Below, piece after piece: positions 36,103 to 46,043 of a stretch of DNA of 64,000 nucleotides. The number at the start of each line of letters is the position of its first letter. Within the stretch, counting starts at the first letter, position 1. Origin of the DNA: an uncultured Gammaproteobacteria bacterium (GTDB lineage: Bacteria; Pseudomonadota; Gammaproteobacteria; Steroidobacterales; Steroidobacteraceae); contig CAVVPB010000003.1 in NCBI GenBank assembly GCA_963749775.1, forward strand, positions 402,004 through 466,003. Direction: 5' to 3'. The notes under the pieces were generated by a model. It saw only the letters and a program-made list of their open reading frames with translations. It made no database searches and was not told the DNA's origin. Both the position numbers and the translations under genes were made by a program.

Positions 36103-37161
36103 ATGAAATCGAAACGCGATCTGCACACGGCGGAGGCGGGAATGGCGCAGGTCATGGATTTACCTCATCCGTATTTGCTGTTTCTGGGCGATACCACCGA
36201 AAAAGGTTACGCCAAGACGGCATTCGGGTTGCGCGACTGGGCGCCTGATCGCTGCGTCGGCGAGTGGTCGTGCGCCGGTGCGACCGTCACCACGGAGTTG
36301 CCGCGCTTGACGCCGAAGGAGGCGCGCGCGCGCGGTGCGCGCGCGCTGGTCATCGGTGTCGCGAATACCGGCGGCGTGATCGCCGACAGTTGGATCCCTT
36401 CGCTGGTCGAAGCGCTCGAGTCGGGTCTCGATATCATCAGCGGCATGCACGCGAAGCTCGGCAATGTGCCGCAACTGAAAGCCACCGCGGAGCGGCACGG
36501 CCGCCGACTCATCGATGTGCGTACGCCGCCGAAAAATATCCCGATTGCATCCGGAATCAAGCGCTCCGGGAAACGCCTCCTGACGGTGGGCACCGATTGC
36601 GCTATCGGCAAGAAATACACAGCGCTCGCGCTGGCGCGCGCGTTTGCGCAGCGCGGGCTCGATGCCGATTTTCGAGCCACCGGGCAAACCGGAATCTTGA
36701 TCGCGGGAGGCGGCATCCCGATGGATGCGGTGGTTGCCGATTTTGAGGCCGGGGCAGCGGAATTGCTCAGCCCGGAAGCATCCCCGCAGCACTGGGATGT
36801 GATTGAAGGTCAGGGTTCCTTGTTCCATCCCGCTTATGCCGGCGTATCGCTCGGCCTGCTTCACGGTAGCCAGCCGGATGTCATCGTCGTGTGCCACGAC
36901 CCAGATCGCAAGGAACTTCTCGGTCATGCCGGCTATGCGCTGCCGGAGGTCGCCGAGACGATCGATTTGCACCTGCGGCTCGGCCGCCGCACCAATGCGG
37001 CAATCCGCTGCGCGGGCGTGAGCCTGAATACCTCGAGACTGAGCGCAACCGATGCGGCGCGACTGCTGGCCGCGGAAAGCGCCCGGCTCGGCGTGGCGGT
37101 TGCGGATCCGATGCGAGCCGGCGAGGCATTCGAACGCCTTGTCGACGACTGCCTCGCATAA
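36103..37161 (+). CDS. dgcN: DUF1611-family protein, D-glutamate N-acetyltransferase DgcN-like
   Basis: ..HPYLLFLGDTTEKGYAKTAFGLRDWAPDRCVGEW..LVIGVANTGG..LLTVGTDCAIGKKYTALALARAF..IEGQGSLFHPAYAGVSLGLLHGSQPD.. matches my memory of DUF1611/DgcN. Confidence 0.75.
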   Translation: MKSKRDLHTAEAGMAQVMDLPHPYLLFLGDTTEKGYAKTAFGLRDWAPDRCVGEWSCAGATVTTELPRLTPKEARARGARALVIGVANTGGVIADSWIPSLVEALESGLDIISGMHAKLGNVPQLKATAERHGRRLIDVRTPPKNIPIASGIKRSGKRLLTVGTDCAIGKKYTALALARAFAQRGLDADFRATGQTGILIAGGGIPMDAVVADFEAGAAELLSPEASPQHWDVIEGQGSLFHPAYAGVSLGLLHGSQPDVIVVCHDPDRKELLGHAGYALPEVAETIDLHLRLGRRTNAAIRCAGVSLNTSRLSATDAARLLAAESARLGVAVADPMRAGEAFERLVDDCLA

Positions 37162-37220
37162 TGTTTGACTCACACGACAGTTTGTAGATAACAGCGACTG
37201 TAGTCGCAAGAAGAGAAGCC

Positions 37221-39185
37221 ATGCGTAATCTAACAATCTTGGGCGCAGCGCTCATCACACTGACGACGATGTCCGCTGCCGCGCAAAACAATGCCGCACC
37301 CGCAACGCCGACCACGTCCCCGGCAGCCGCTCCGGTGGCCGTCGCGCTCACCGCGCAGGATGTCAATGCGTGGCTCGACGGCTACATGCCTTACGCGCTG
37401 CGCACCGGCGACATCGCGGGCGCCGTCGTCGTCGTGGTCAAGGATGGCCAGATCCTCACCGAACGCGGCTTTGGGTTTTCCGACGTCGCCAAGCGCACGC
37501 CGGTCGATCCGAAACTGACCTTGTTCAGGCCGGGATCGGTATCGAAACTCTTGACTTGGACCGCGGTGATGCAGCTCGTTGAGCAGGGCAAGATCGATCT
37601 CGATGGCGACGTCAATCAGTACCTCGATTTCAAGATTCCGCCGCGTGACGGAAAGCCGGTGACGATGCGCAATCTCATGCAGCACACCGCCGGCTTCGAA
37701 GAGCAGGCCAAGGGCATCATGTCGGATGATCCCAAATCGCCGAGCTTCGAAGCGCTGCTCAAGCAATGGGTGCCCGAGCGAGTCTTCGCGGTCGGCACGA
37801 CGCCAGCTTACTCCAATTACGGCGCATCCCTCGCCGGCTACATCGTGGAGCGCGTCTCGGGCGAGCCGTTCGACGATTACATCGAGAAGCATATTTTTGC
37901 GCCCCTGGATATGAAATATTCGAGCTTCCGGCAGCCATTGCCAGCGATTCTCGAGCCGCTGATGTCCAAGGGGTATCCGGTGGCGTCGGCGCCGGCAAAG
38001 CCATATGAAATTGTCGGGCCGGCGCCGGCCGGTTCGCTGGCTTCGTCGGGCGAGGACATGGCGCATTTCATGATCGCGCATCTGCAAAATGGCGAATATC
38101 ACGGCAACCGCATTCTGAACGCGGAAACTGCCGAATTGATGCACAACAGCCCGCTCACCATCCTGCCGCCCTTGAATCGCATGGAGCTGGGTTTTTTCGA
38201 AACCAATATCAACGGCCATGAGGTGATCGCGCATCTGGGCGATACGGGGAATTTTCACACCTCGTTGCACTTGTTCCTCAAAGAAGGCGTTGGTTTCTAT
38301 GTCTCCTTCAACAGCTTAGGCAAGGCGGGCGCCGCCGGCGGACTGAGAGGAGCATTGTTCGACGACTTCGCGGATCGTTACTTTCCGGTGGCCGAATCGA
38401 ACGCCCGTGTTGATGCCAAGACGGCCGCCGACCACGCGGCGATGCTGAAGGGCCGCTGGGCCAATTCGCGCGGCTCGCAATCGAGCTTTTTGGCCGCACT
38501 CGGATTGGTTGGTCAAACCAAGGCCGGCGTCAACGCCAAGGGTGAGCTCGTCGTTCCCTTCCTGGGGTTGAACGGCAAGCCGCGCAACTGGGTCGAGACC
38601 GCGCCGTTCGTGTGGCGCGACACCGGTAGCCATGAGCGCCTGGCGGCCAAAGTGGTCGACGGCAAGGTCGTGCGTTTCAGCATCGACGGCATTTCCCCGT
38701 TTATGGTGTTCGATCGGGTGCCTTGGTATGAAAATTCCACGTGGTTGCTGCCCGCCGTGTGCGTGGCCCTTGCCGCGCTGCTGCTGACCGCCCTGTTCTG
38801 GCCGATTACTGCCATCGTTCGGCGCCGCTTTGGCGCCACGGTGGCGCTGGCGCCGGATGATTTGCGCGTGTATCGCTTCAGCAAGGTGGGATCGATCTTG
38901 ATCCTCGCCGGCCTGGGGGTGTGGGCGTTCACCTTTTTCCGCATGCTCAATGATTTCAACAATCTTAGCGCCAAGTTCGACTCGACCCTGCACTTCACGC
39001 AGCTTTTCGGCGCTCTCGCGTTCATCGTGGGTTCCGCCTTGATCCTGTGGAATCTGTGGAAGGTGTGGAGCGGCACGCGTCGCTGGCCGGCCAAGCTCTG
39101 GAGCATCGTGCTCGCGCTATCGGCATCCGTCGTCATGTGGGTGGCGGTCACATTCAATCTGATCGGCTTTGGGGCGAACTTCTGA
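37221..39185 (+). CDS. Beta-lactamase-fold serine hydrolase with C-terminal four-TM anchor
   Basis: Signal peptide. SxxK in PGSVSKLLTW. YxN in YSNYG. Four hydrophobic helices in the last 150 aa or so. Its stop overlaps the next start (TGATG). Confidence 0.85.
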   Translation: MRNLTILGAALITLTTMSAAAQNNAAPATPTTSPAAAPVAVALTAQDVNAWLDGYMPYALRTGDIAGAVVVVVKDGQILTERGFGFSDVAKRTPVDPKLTLFRPGSVSKLLTWTAVMQLVEQGKIDLDGDVNQYLDFKIPPRDGKPVTMRNLMQHTAGFEEQAKGIMSDDPKSPSFEALLKQWVPERVFAVGTTPAYSNYGASLAGYIVERVSGEPFDDYIEKHIFAPLDMKYSSFRQPLPAILEPLMSKGYPVASAPAKPYEIVGPAPAGSLASSGEDMAHFMIAHLQNGEYHGNRILNAETAELMHNSPLTILPPLNRMELGFFETNINGHEVIAHLGDTGNFHTSLHLFLKEGVGFYVSFNSLGKAGAAGGLRGALFDDFADRYFPVAESNARVDAKTAADHAAMLKGRWANSRGSQSSFLAALGLVGQTKAGVNAKGELVVPFLGLNGKPRNWVETAPFVWRDTGSHERLAAKVVDGKVVRFSIDGISPFMVFDRVPWYENSTWLLPAVCVALAALLLTALFWPITAIVRRRFGATVALAPDDLRVYRFSKVGSILILAGLGVWAFTFFRMLNDFNNLSAKFDSTLHFTQLFGALAFIVGSALILWNLWKVWSGTRRWPAKLWSIVLALSASVVMWVAVTFNLIGFGANF

Positions 39186-40195
39186 TGTCAGGCCTTACGC
39201 TACGCATTGAGGTCGAGAAGCTGCGTCTGGCCGCGCCGTTTCGCATCTCGGGCTTTGTATTCGAGGAGCAGGACGTCGTCGTCGCGACGCTCGAGGATGG
39301 CGAGCATCGCGGCCGCGGCGAAGCCTCGGGCGTTTATTATTTGAACGATACCGCGAAGGAAATGGTCGCCGCGATCGAGGCCGTGAGGCGTGTGATCGAG
39401 GCGGGCATCGATCGCGCGGAACTGCAACGATTGCTTCCCGCCGGCGGTGCTCGCAATGCGATCGATTGCGCGCTGTGGGAACTGGATGCGCACCGCCTCG
39501 GCGCAACCGTGTGGGAACTCGCCGGATTGCCGGCCCCCAGACCGTTGGTGACGACTTTCACGCTGAGCGCCGACGATCCGGCGGTCATGGCCGCGGGCGC
39601 GCGCAAATATGCGCAAGCTCGGTCGCTGAAGCTGAAATTGACGGGCGATCTGGATCTCGATATCGCGCGCGTGAATGCGGTGCGTGCGGCGCGCCCCGAG
39701 GCCTGGATCGGCGTCGACGCCAATCAGGGCTACGCCATCAATGCGCTGGATGCGCTGGTGGGCGCTCTGGTCGCCGCCAATGTGTCGTTGCTCGAACAAC
39801 CGCTCAAGCGTGGGCGTGAGGCTGATCTTAGCGGTTTTACATCGAAGATTCCGATCGCGGCCGACGAAAGCGCTCTGACACTCGCCGACGTTGCCGGTCT
39901 GGTCGGTCGCTTCGATGTCATCAATATCAAGCTGGACAAGTGCGGTGGCTTGACCGAAGGACTCGCCATGGCACAAGCGGCGAAACGACTGGGGCTTCAG
40001 GTCATGGTCGGCAACATGGTGGGAACGAGTCTGGCGATGGCACCCGCGTTTGTACTCGGCCAGCTGTGCGACGTGGTGGATCTGGACGGTCCTATATTTC
40101 TCGCTAAAGATCGAACGCCCGGCATGATCTACGTGAACGGCACCGCATGGAGCGGCGAGAATGTCTGGGGGGGGTCGCACTCGTACGCGGCATGA
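39185..40195 (+). CDS. dgcA: Enolase-superfamily (MLE subgroup) racemase/epimerase, N-acetyl-D-Glu racemase DgcA-like
   Basis: KxK in SLKLKLTG, then GVDANQGY, LLEQPL, IAADES and INIKLDKCGG. ATG 39185 overlaps the upstream stop. Confidence 0.75.
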   Translation: MSGLTLRIEVEKLRLAAPFRISGFVFEEQDVVVATLEDGEHRGRGEASGVYYLNDTAKEMVAAIEAVRRVIEAGIDRAELQRLLPAGGARNAIDCALWELDAHRLGATVWELAGLPAPRPLVTTFTLSADDPAVMAAGARKYAQARSLKLKLTGDLDLDIARVNAVRAARPEAWIGVDANQGYAINALDALVGALVAANVSLLEQPLKRGREADLSGFTSKIPIAADESALTLADVAGLVGRFDVINIKLDKCGGLTEGLAMAQAAKRLGLQVMVGNMVGTSLAMAPAFVLGQLCDVVDLDGPIFLAKDRTPGMIYVNGTAWSGENVWGGSHSYAA

Positions 40196-41502
40196 GCGCG
40201 AGCCAACACACGTGGTTCGGCCAGCCGCGCGGCCTCACCATCCTGTTTCTGACCGAGATGTGGGAGCAATTCTCCTACTACGGCATGCGCGCGTTGTTGG
40301 TCTATTACATGACCAAGCAATTGCTGCTCGGACAGGAAAGGGCATCGTTCATCTACGGTACCTACACGGCGATGGCGTACTTAACGCCGATTTTCGGCGG
40401 CATGATCGCCGATCGCTGGCTCGGCAAGCGGCGTGCGGTGATTATCGGCGGCAGCGTCATGGCCGCCGGTCATTTCATGATGACCTTCGAGCCGCTGTTC
40501 TACGTTGCCCTCGCGACGATTGCGCTCGGCAACGGATTGTTTCTTCCCAGTTTGCCGAGCCAGATCGATGGCCTGTACCGCCCGGACGATCAGCGCCGCG
40601 GCTGGGCTTACAACGTCTACTACGTCGGCATCAACATCGGTGGGTTTCTGGCGCCGCTGGTCTGCGGCACGCTCGGAGAATTCTATGGCTGGCACTTCGG
40701 CTTCGGCGCAGCCGGAGTCGGGATGTTGTTGGGGCTGATCATCTATATATTCGGCAGCCGCTACTTGCCTGAAGAGGTTCGCGTTGCGAGAAACAATGCG
40801 CAGCCCGTCACCTTTGCCGGACACTACCGCGCGACGTTCATACTCCTGTTTTCGGTAGGACTTGCGGTCACCGTATTTCGGGGTGCTTACGAGCAAGTGG
40901 GCAACACGGTGGCACTGTGGGCGGATGTCGGTATTGATCGTGCGACTTCGCTGATGAGCATTCCAATGACGTGGTTCCAGTCGTTGAATCCATTGTTGGT
41001 GATTGCAATGACACCTGCGCTGCTTGGCCGCTGGCGCCGGCGTGCCGATGCCGGACACCGCGATTCATCGATGAGAAAAATGGCGCTGGGTGCGCTCATC
41101 GTCGCGGCGGCCTATCTCTTGCTCGCGATCGTGGCATGGGTATCAGGATCAGGCCGCGCGAGTTGGCTGTGGCTGGTGTTGTTTTTCGTTATCTTCACCT
41201 TCGGCGAACTCTACATCTTGCCGACTGGATTGGGGCTATTCGCGCGGCTGGCGCCGATCGGATTCGGCGCCACAACAGTCGCAGCCTGGTTCCTGGCCAT
41301 CTTCAGCGGCAGCCTATCGGCCGGCTTGGTCGGCATGCTGTGGAGTAGCACGAGCCACGCTCAATTCTTTGCATTCCTCACCCTGATCGCTGCGATCGCA
41401 GCGGCCATGCTGTTCGCGCTCGACCGCACGGCGCGGCGCATCGAGGCGCAGCGGGCGAGTGAAATCATCTCTTTAAGCGCAATTCAATCGGAGATCGTAT
41501 GA
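40192..41502 (+). CDS. POT/PTR2-family proton-dependent di/tripeptide permease
   Basis: ..GQPRGLTILFLTEMWEQFSYYGMRALLVYYM.. and ..TPIFGGMIADRWLGKRRAV... ATGA overlap with dgcA. Confidence 0.9.
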   Translation: MSASQHTWFGQPRGLTILFLTEMWEQFSYYGMRALLVYYMTKQLLLGQERASFIYGTYTAMAYLTPIFGGMIADRWLGKRRAVIIGGSVMAAGHFMMTFEPLFYVALATIALGNGLFLPSLPSQIDGLYRPDDQRRGWAYNVYYVGINIGGFLAPLVCGTLGEFYGWHFGFGAAGVGMLLGLIIYIFGSRYLPEEVRVARNNAQPVTFAGHYRATFILLFSVGLAVTVFRGAYEQVGNTVALWADVGIDRATSLMSIPMTWFQSLNPLLVIAMTPALLGRWRRRADAGHRDSSMRKMALGALIVAAAYLLLAIVAWVSGSGRASWLWLVLFFVIFTFGELYILPTGLGLFARLAPIGFGATTVAAWFLAIFSGSLSAGLVGMLWSSTSHAQFFAFLTLIAAIAAAMLFALDRTARRIEAQRASEIISLSAIQSEIV

Positions 41503-43070
41503 AACGTGCAGCCCTCGTGCCATTTTTGTTTGCGTGTACAGCGGCGCTCGCAGCGCCCCCGGCCGGCTTCGAGGCCCGCGTGGAGAGACTGCGCAAGGAG
41601 ATCGGCGTTCCCGGCATGTCGATAGCCATCGTCGAGAACGACAAGGTCACGTTCGCCAAAGGTTTCGGCGTCAAGCGCCTCGGAGTTCCCGATCCGGTTG
41701 ATGCGGATACGATTTTCCCCACCGGCTCGACAGGCAAGGCCTTCACCGTAGCAGCGCTCGGCATCCTCGTCGATCAGGGCAAAATTAGCTGGGACGACAA
41801 GGTGATCGATCGATTGCCGGGCTTTCAAATGTACGACGCGTGGGTGACGCGCGAGATGACGATACGCGATCTGCTCGTGCATCGCAGCGGCTTGGGGTTG
41901 GGCGCCGGGGATTTATTGTTCGTGCCGCGCACCAACTTGAGCCGCGCGGAGTCGGTTCGACGCCTGCGCTACATCAAGCCGGCCACCAGCTTTCGCAGCG
42001 CCTATGCGTACGACAATATTCTGTACATGGTCGCGGGCCAGTTGATCGAAGAGGTGACCGGCGAAACCTGGGAAAAATTTACCGCCGACCATGTGCTCAA
42101 GGCCGCCGGAATGCTGCATTCCACCACCGACAATGAAGGGCACTTCTCAAACCCGGATCGATCTCAGCCGCATGCGCGCATGAACGGCGGTCTGCGCGGA
42201 GTGGGCGATCAATCGGTGCTCAATGAGCGTGACAATCTCGGCAGCAATGCATCGCCCGCCGGCGGCTTGGCGGTCAGCGCGAATGACATGGCCCGCTGGC
42301 TGATGATTCAGCTGGATGGGGGCGGCCTTCCCAACAATGGCGGCCGATTGTTCAGCCAGGCGGCGCACGATGAAATGTGGAAGCCGGTGGTGCTGCAGCC
42401 GGTAGCGCCTCCCTCAGGGGTAATGGCGGCCACTCAGCCCATGTTCAACACCTACGCGCTCGGTTGGGATATCAGAGACTATCGCGGCACCAAGATCGTA
42501 TGGCACGGCGGCGCGGTATTCGGATCTCAAACCGCGGTGGTGCTGATTCCCGACAAGCGTGTGGGATTCTCAATCGAGATCAACAGCGAGGACGGCGAGA
42601 TCATCGTCGGACTAATGTACGAGCTGCTCGATCACTATCTTGGACTGCCCAAGGATACGTGGCCGGAGAAAATCCGCGCGCAAAAGCATGAGCGGGTGCA
42701 GGCAGCGCTGAAGATGTACCAATCAGCCGCGGCAGCGCCCGCCAAGGTCGGGCCGTCGCTGCCGCTCGATCGCTACGTCGGCAGCTATGCCGATCCTTGG
42801 TACGGCAATATCGAAATTGCGCAGGCAAATGGAACGCTCACGATCGACTTCAAGTCGACGCCGCGCATGGGTGGCACCCTGGAGCACTGGCAATACGATA
42901 GCTTCATCACCCGCTTCGATGATAAGACCATCGAGCCGGCGTATGTGACATTTGGCCTCGACGCGGACGGTAAGGTGGAACACATCACAATGAAACCGGT
43001 GTCGCCGCTTGCCGATTTCAGTTACGACTACAAGGATCTCTTGTTCACGCCCGCAAACCAGTCGAAATGA
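41499..43070 (+). CDS. Beta-lactamase-fold serine hydrolase with DUF3471-like C-terminal domain
   Basis: Signal peptide. SxxK in TGSTGKAFT. YxN in YAYDNILY. C-terminal ..YVGSYADPWYGNIEIAQANGTLTIDF... ATGA overlap with the permease gene. Confidence 0.85.
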   Translation: MKRAALVPFLFACTAALAAPPAGFEARVERLRKEIGVPGMSIAIVENDKVTFAKGFGVKRLGVPDPVDADTIFPTGSTGKAFTVAALGILVDQGKISWDDKVIDRLPGFQMYDAWVTREMTIRDLLVHRSGLGLGAGDLLFVPRTNLSRAESVRRLRYIKPATSFRSAYAYDNILYMVAGQLIEEVTGETWEKFTADHVLKAAGMLHSTTDNEGHFSNPDRSQPHARMNGGLRGVGDQSVLNERDNLGSNASPAGGLAVSANDMARWLMIQLDGGGLPNNGGRLFSQAAHDEMWKPVVLQPVAPPSGVMAATQPMFNTYALGWDIRDYRGTKIVWHGGAVFGSQTAVVLIPDKRVGFSIEINSEDGEIIVGLMYELLDHYLGLPKDTWPEKIRAQKHERVQAALKMYQSAAAAPAKVGPSLPLDRYVGSYADPWYGNIEIAQANGTLTIDFKSTPRMGGTLEHWQYDSFITRFDDKTIEPAYVTFGLDADGKVEHITMKPVSPLADFSYDYKDLLFTPANQSK

Positions 43071-43157
43071 AATGAAATTCATGCCTGGCGCGACCCTGGC
43101 CGTTGCCCTGATCTTGGCTGTTGCGCAGGAAGTGCCGTCGTTGAGCGAGCGTGCGCC

Positions 43158-44300
43158 ATGAACAACATTCCGGCAGCGACGAGCGCCTCGTGGTTTCAGC
43201 GCTATCTGTTGCCGGGCCTGGCGTTCAAGGCGGTGGTCATCGGCGGCGGGTATGCCACGGGACGCGAGCTGGCCGAGTTCTTTTTGCCGAGCGGGCCGCA
43301 GGGCGGTTTGCTCGCCATCCTGCTGGCGATGCTGATTTGGAGCGCCGTGTGCGCGGTGACATTCTGCTTGGCGCGGGCGACCGCCAGTTGGGATTACAGG
43401 ACGTTCTTCAAGAATCTGTTGGGCCCGTTATGGGTGCTCTTCGAAGCCGCTTACGTGTTGTTCATCATTTTGATTCTGGCGGTGTTCGGCGCAGCAGCGG
43501 GCGCGATCGGCGCGGCCGTGCTGGGGTGGCCTCCGATCGCGGGTACCTGCTGTCTCATCATCAGCATCAGTCTCGTGGCGGCCTACGGCAACGCCTCGGT
43601 GGAGCAGCTGTTTAAGTGGGTCTCCATATTCCTGTACGCGACCTATGGTGTCTTTGTCGTTTTGTCGCTGTTTGCGTTTGGCGATAAGATCCTGACGCAT
43701 CTGTCGATACCTGCGCCGCGCGATGGCTGGGTGTCCGGCGGACTGACATACGCGAGCTATAACGTCGTGGGGGCCGTGATCATACTTCCCGTGCTTAGGC
43801 ATCTTCGGAGCACCAAGGATGCGCTTGCTGCCGGGATGCTGGCGGGTCCCCTTGCGATGATTCCTGCATTGCTCTTTTTCATCTGCATGATTGCCTACTA
43901 TCCGCAGATCGGCAATGAGTCTCTGCCATCGGATTTCCTGCTGCGGCGTCTGAATTTTCCGGCGTTCCATTTCCTGTTTCAGCTCATGATCTTTCTGGCG
44001 CTGCTGGAAAGCGGTACCGGTTGCGTGCACGCGATCAACGAACGCGTCGCGCAGGCCTACGCCGCCCGCAAAGGGAAATCCCTATCGAAGATGCTTCGCC
44101 TCTCGATCACCGGCGCGCTGCTGGTGGGTTCGATATTTCTGGCGGCACAATTCGGATTGGTGACGCTGATTGCGCGGGGCTATCGCGGTTTGGCCTACGT
44201 ATTCCTGGGCGTCTTCGTACTGCCGGTCATGACCTTGGGCGTATGGCAGCTCTGTACGTCGAATAGAATCCTAAGACCCTTGAATCAATCTGACAGGTAG
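43158..44300 (+). CDS. Polytopic membrane protein, YkvI-like putative amino-acid transporter
   Basis: ..AFKAVVIGGGYATGRELAEFFL.. and about 11 predicted TM segments. Family assigned from memory. Confidence 0.55.
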   Translation: MNNIPAATSASWFQRYLLPGLAFKAVVIGGGYATGRELAEFFLPSGPQGGLLAILLAMLIWSAVCAVTFCLARATASWDYRTFFKNLLGPLWVLFEAAYVLFIILILAVFGAAAGAIGAAVLGWPPIAGTCCLIISISLVAAYGNASVEQLFKWVSIFLYATYGVFVVLSLFAFGDKILTHLSIPAPRDGWVSGGLTYASYNVVGAVIILPVLRHLRSTKDALAAGMLAGPLAMIPALLFFICMIAYYPQIGNESLPSDFLLRRLNFPAFHFLFQLMIFLALLESGTGCVHAINERVAQAYAARKGKSLSKMLRLSITGALLVGSIFLAAQFGLVTLIARGYRGLAYVFLGVFVLPVMTLGVWQLCTSNRILRPLNQSDR

Positions 44301-44306
44301 GCAGCA

Positions 44307-46037
44307 ATGAGTACGGTTTCCATCAGTCGGCGCGACCTGCTCACCCTGGGATTGCTGGCGTCGATTCCCGGGGGACTGCGCTGGCAAGCCGCGGGCGCGG
44401 CGCCGGCAAGCAACGCCAACGCGATGCGCACCCTGGATCAATTCATCGCGGGCTACTGCGACGCCATGAATGCGCCGGGACTGACCCTCGGGCTCGCCAG
44501 TGCGGACGGACCCATCCGAATCTCGTCCTATGGGTATGTCGACCTTGCGGCGAGAATCCCGGTGTCGACCTCGCACCTGTTCGAAATCGGTTCGATAACC
44601 AAGTCCTTTGTGGGGCTCACCCTTCTGCAGATGCACGAGGAGGGCAAAGTAGACCTCCAGGCGCCGATTCTTCGCTACCTTCCCTGGCTCGCGATGGAAA
44701 CCGATTTCGGCGACATCCTCGTCCACCATCTATTGACGCATTCCGGCGGCATGCCGGATGACGCCCCGTTATTCCCGAGCTCCCCACAGCGCCGGCCCCG
44801 TCAGGCGTTCAAGCCCGGCTCGGAGTTTCATTACTGCAATTGGGGCTACGACGTGCTGGGGCATCTGATTGAAAAGCTGGATGGGCGGCCGTGGCCCGCG
44901 GCCGTAACCGCGCGCATCTTAAAGCCAGCCGGCATGTCCGATACCGCGGCGACGATCACCAGCGCCGTGCGTCCGCGCATTGCCCAGAGCTACGTGCCGT
45001 TGCACGACGATCGCCCCTATCCGCGCCGCGGCCCGCTGGTGCCCGCGGGCAATTTGGCCGTTGAATTTGCGGCCGGATCGATAGCCTCGACGCCCCAAGA
45101 CATGACGAAATACATGCAAATGATTTTGAACCGGGGCGCGGTTCGCGGCGGCAGAATTATTTCCGAGGAGAGCTTCAGGCTCTTCTCGACGCCGCACATA
45201 GCCGCGCCCATTTTTGGTCCAACCGCCGGCTATGGCTACGGGATTGCGGTGGATCAGTTCGATGGACACGTGCGACTCAGGCATACGGGCGGCATGGTGT
45301 CCTTCATGTCGGCCATGCAGCTCGACCTGGACGCGCGAATCGGGGCCTTTGCATCGGTTAACGCCCAATTGGGCTATCGACCCAATCCGGTGGCAGAATT
45401 TGCGCTGCAGCTGCTGCGCTCCGGGGCGGAGCACTCAAAGCCGCCGGCAACTCCCGCCTATGACGCGGCCGCAAAGGTCGACGACGCGCGGGGCTACGAC
45501 GGCGTGTATACCTGCGGCGATGGACGCCGCCTCGAAGTAAACAGTGCCGGCGACCGTCTGAGGCTCATCATCGCGGGCCGCAGTGTTCCCCTGCAGCAAT
45601 CCGACGACGGTACCTTTGTCGCGGATCATCCCGGGTTTGATCTTTTTCCCGTGGTATTCGAGCGCGAGCGTGAATCACCCGCCGAAACCAGCTCCAAGGC
45701 TGCCGTCACCGCTCTCGCTTACGGGCCGGATTGGTATGCTCGTGCAGGGCATCAGGTTCGGCCGCAACCCGAGCCGTCAACCGAACTCGCCAAATACACC
45801 GGGAAGTATTACTCAGAGAATCCGTGGAACGGCGTCGTGCGGGTCGTGCAGCGGCAGGGCCAGCTCTGGATGGGAGGAACCGACCCCTTGATTTCCGTTG
45901 GAGATCACTTGTTTAGGATCGGCGCGAGCCCCTCACTACCGGAGACCGCGGAGTTCTCTGAGTGGGGGGATGATAAGGCCAACTTGCTTTGGTATAGCGG
46001 TGTCGAGTATCGAAGAATCGGCGAAGCCGATGCGTGA
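44307..46037 (+). CDS. Tat-signal beta-lactamase-fold serine hydrolase
   Basis: MSTVSISRRDLLTLGLLASIPG. SxxK in IGSITKSF. YxN in YCNWGY. HTGG later. Confidence 0.85.
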   Translation: MSTVSISRRDLLTLGLLASIPGGLRWQAAGAAPASNANAMRTLDQFIAGYCDAMNAPGLTLGLASADGPIRISSYGYVDLAARIPVSTSHLFEIGSITKSFVGLTLLQMHEEGKVDLQAPILRYLPWLAMETDFGDILVHHLLTHSGGMPDDAPLFPSSPQRRPRQAFKPGSEFHYCNWGYDVLGHLIEKLDGRPWPAAVTARILKPAGMSDTAATITSAVRPRIAQSYVPLHDDRPYPRRGPLVPAGNLAVEFAAGSIASTPQDMTKYMQMILNRGAVRGGRIISEESFRLFSTPHIAAPIFGPTAGYGYGIAVDQFDGHVRLRHTGGMVSFMSAMQLDLDARIGAFASVNAQLGYRPNPVAEFALQLLRSGAEHSKPPATPAYDAAAKVDDARGYDGVYTCGDGRRLEVNSAGDRLRLIIAGRSVPLQQSDDGTFVADHPGFDLFPVVFERERESPAETSSKAAVTALAYGPDWYARAGHQVRPQPEPSTELAKYTGKYYSENPWNGVVRVVQRQGQLWMGGTDPLISVGDHLFRIGASPSLPETAEFSEWGDDKANLLWYSGVEYRRIGEADA

Positions 46038-46043
46038 GGTCGG

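Noticed and set aside
36160-40180. Very long antisense ORFs (36160-37236, 37230-38270 and 39200-40180, 326-358 aa)
   Set aside because: They lie opposite genes with clear family motifs (DgcN, SxxK hydrolase, DgcA). Their products are Arg/Gly/His-rich with no motifs. Such shadow ORFs are common in GC-rich DNA.
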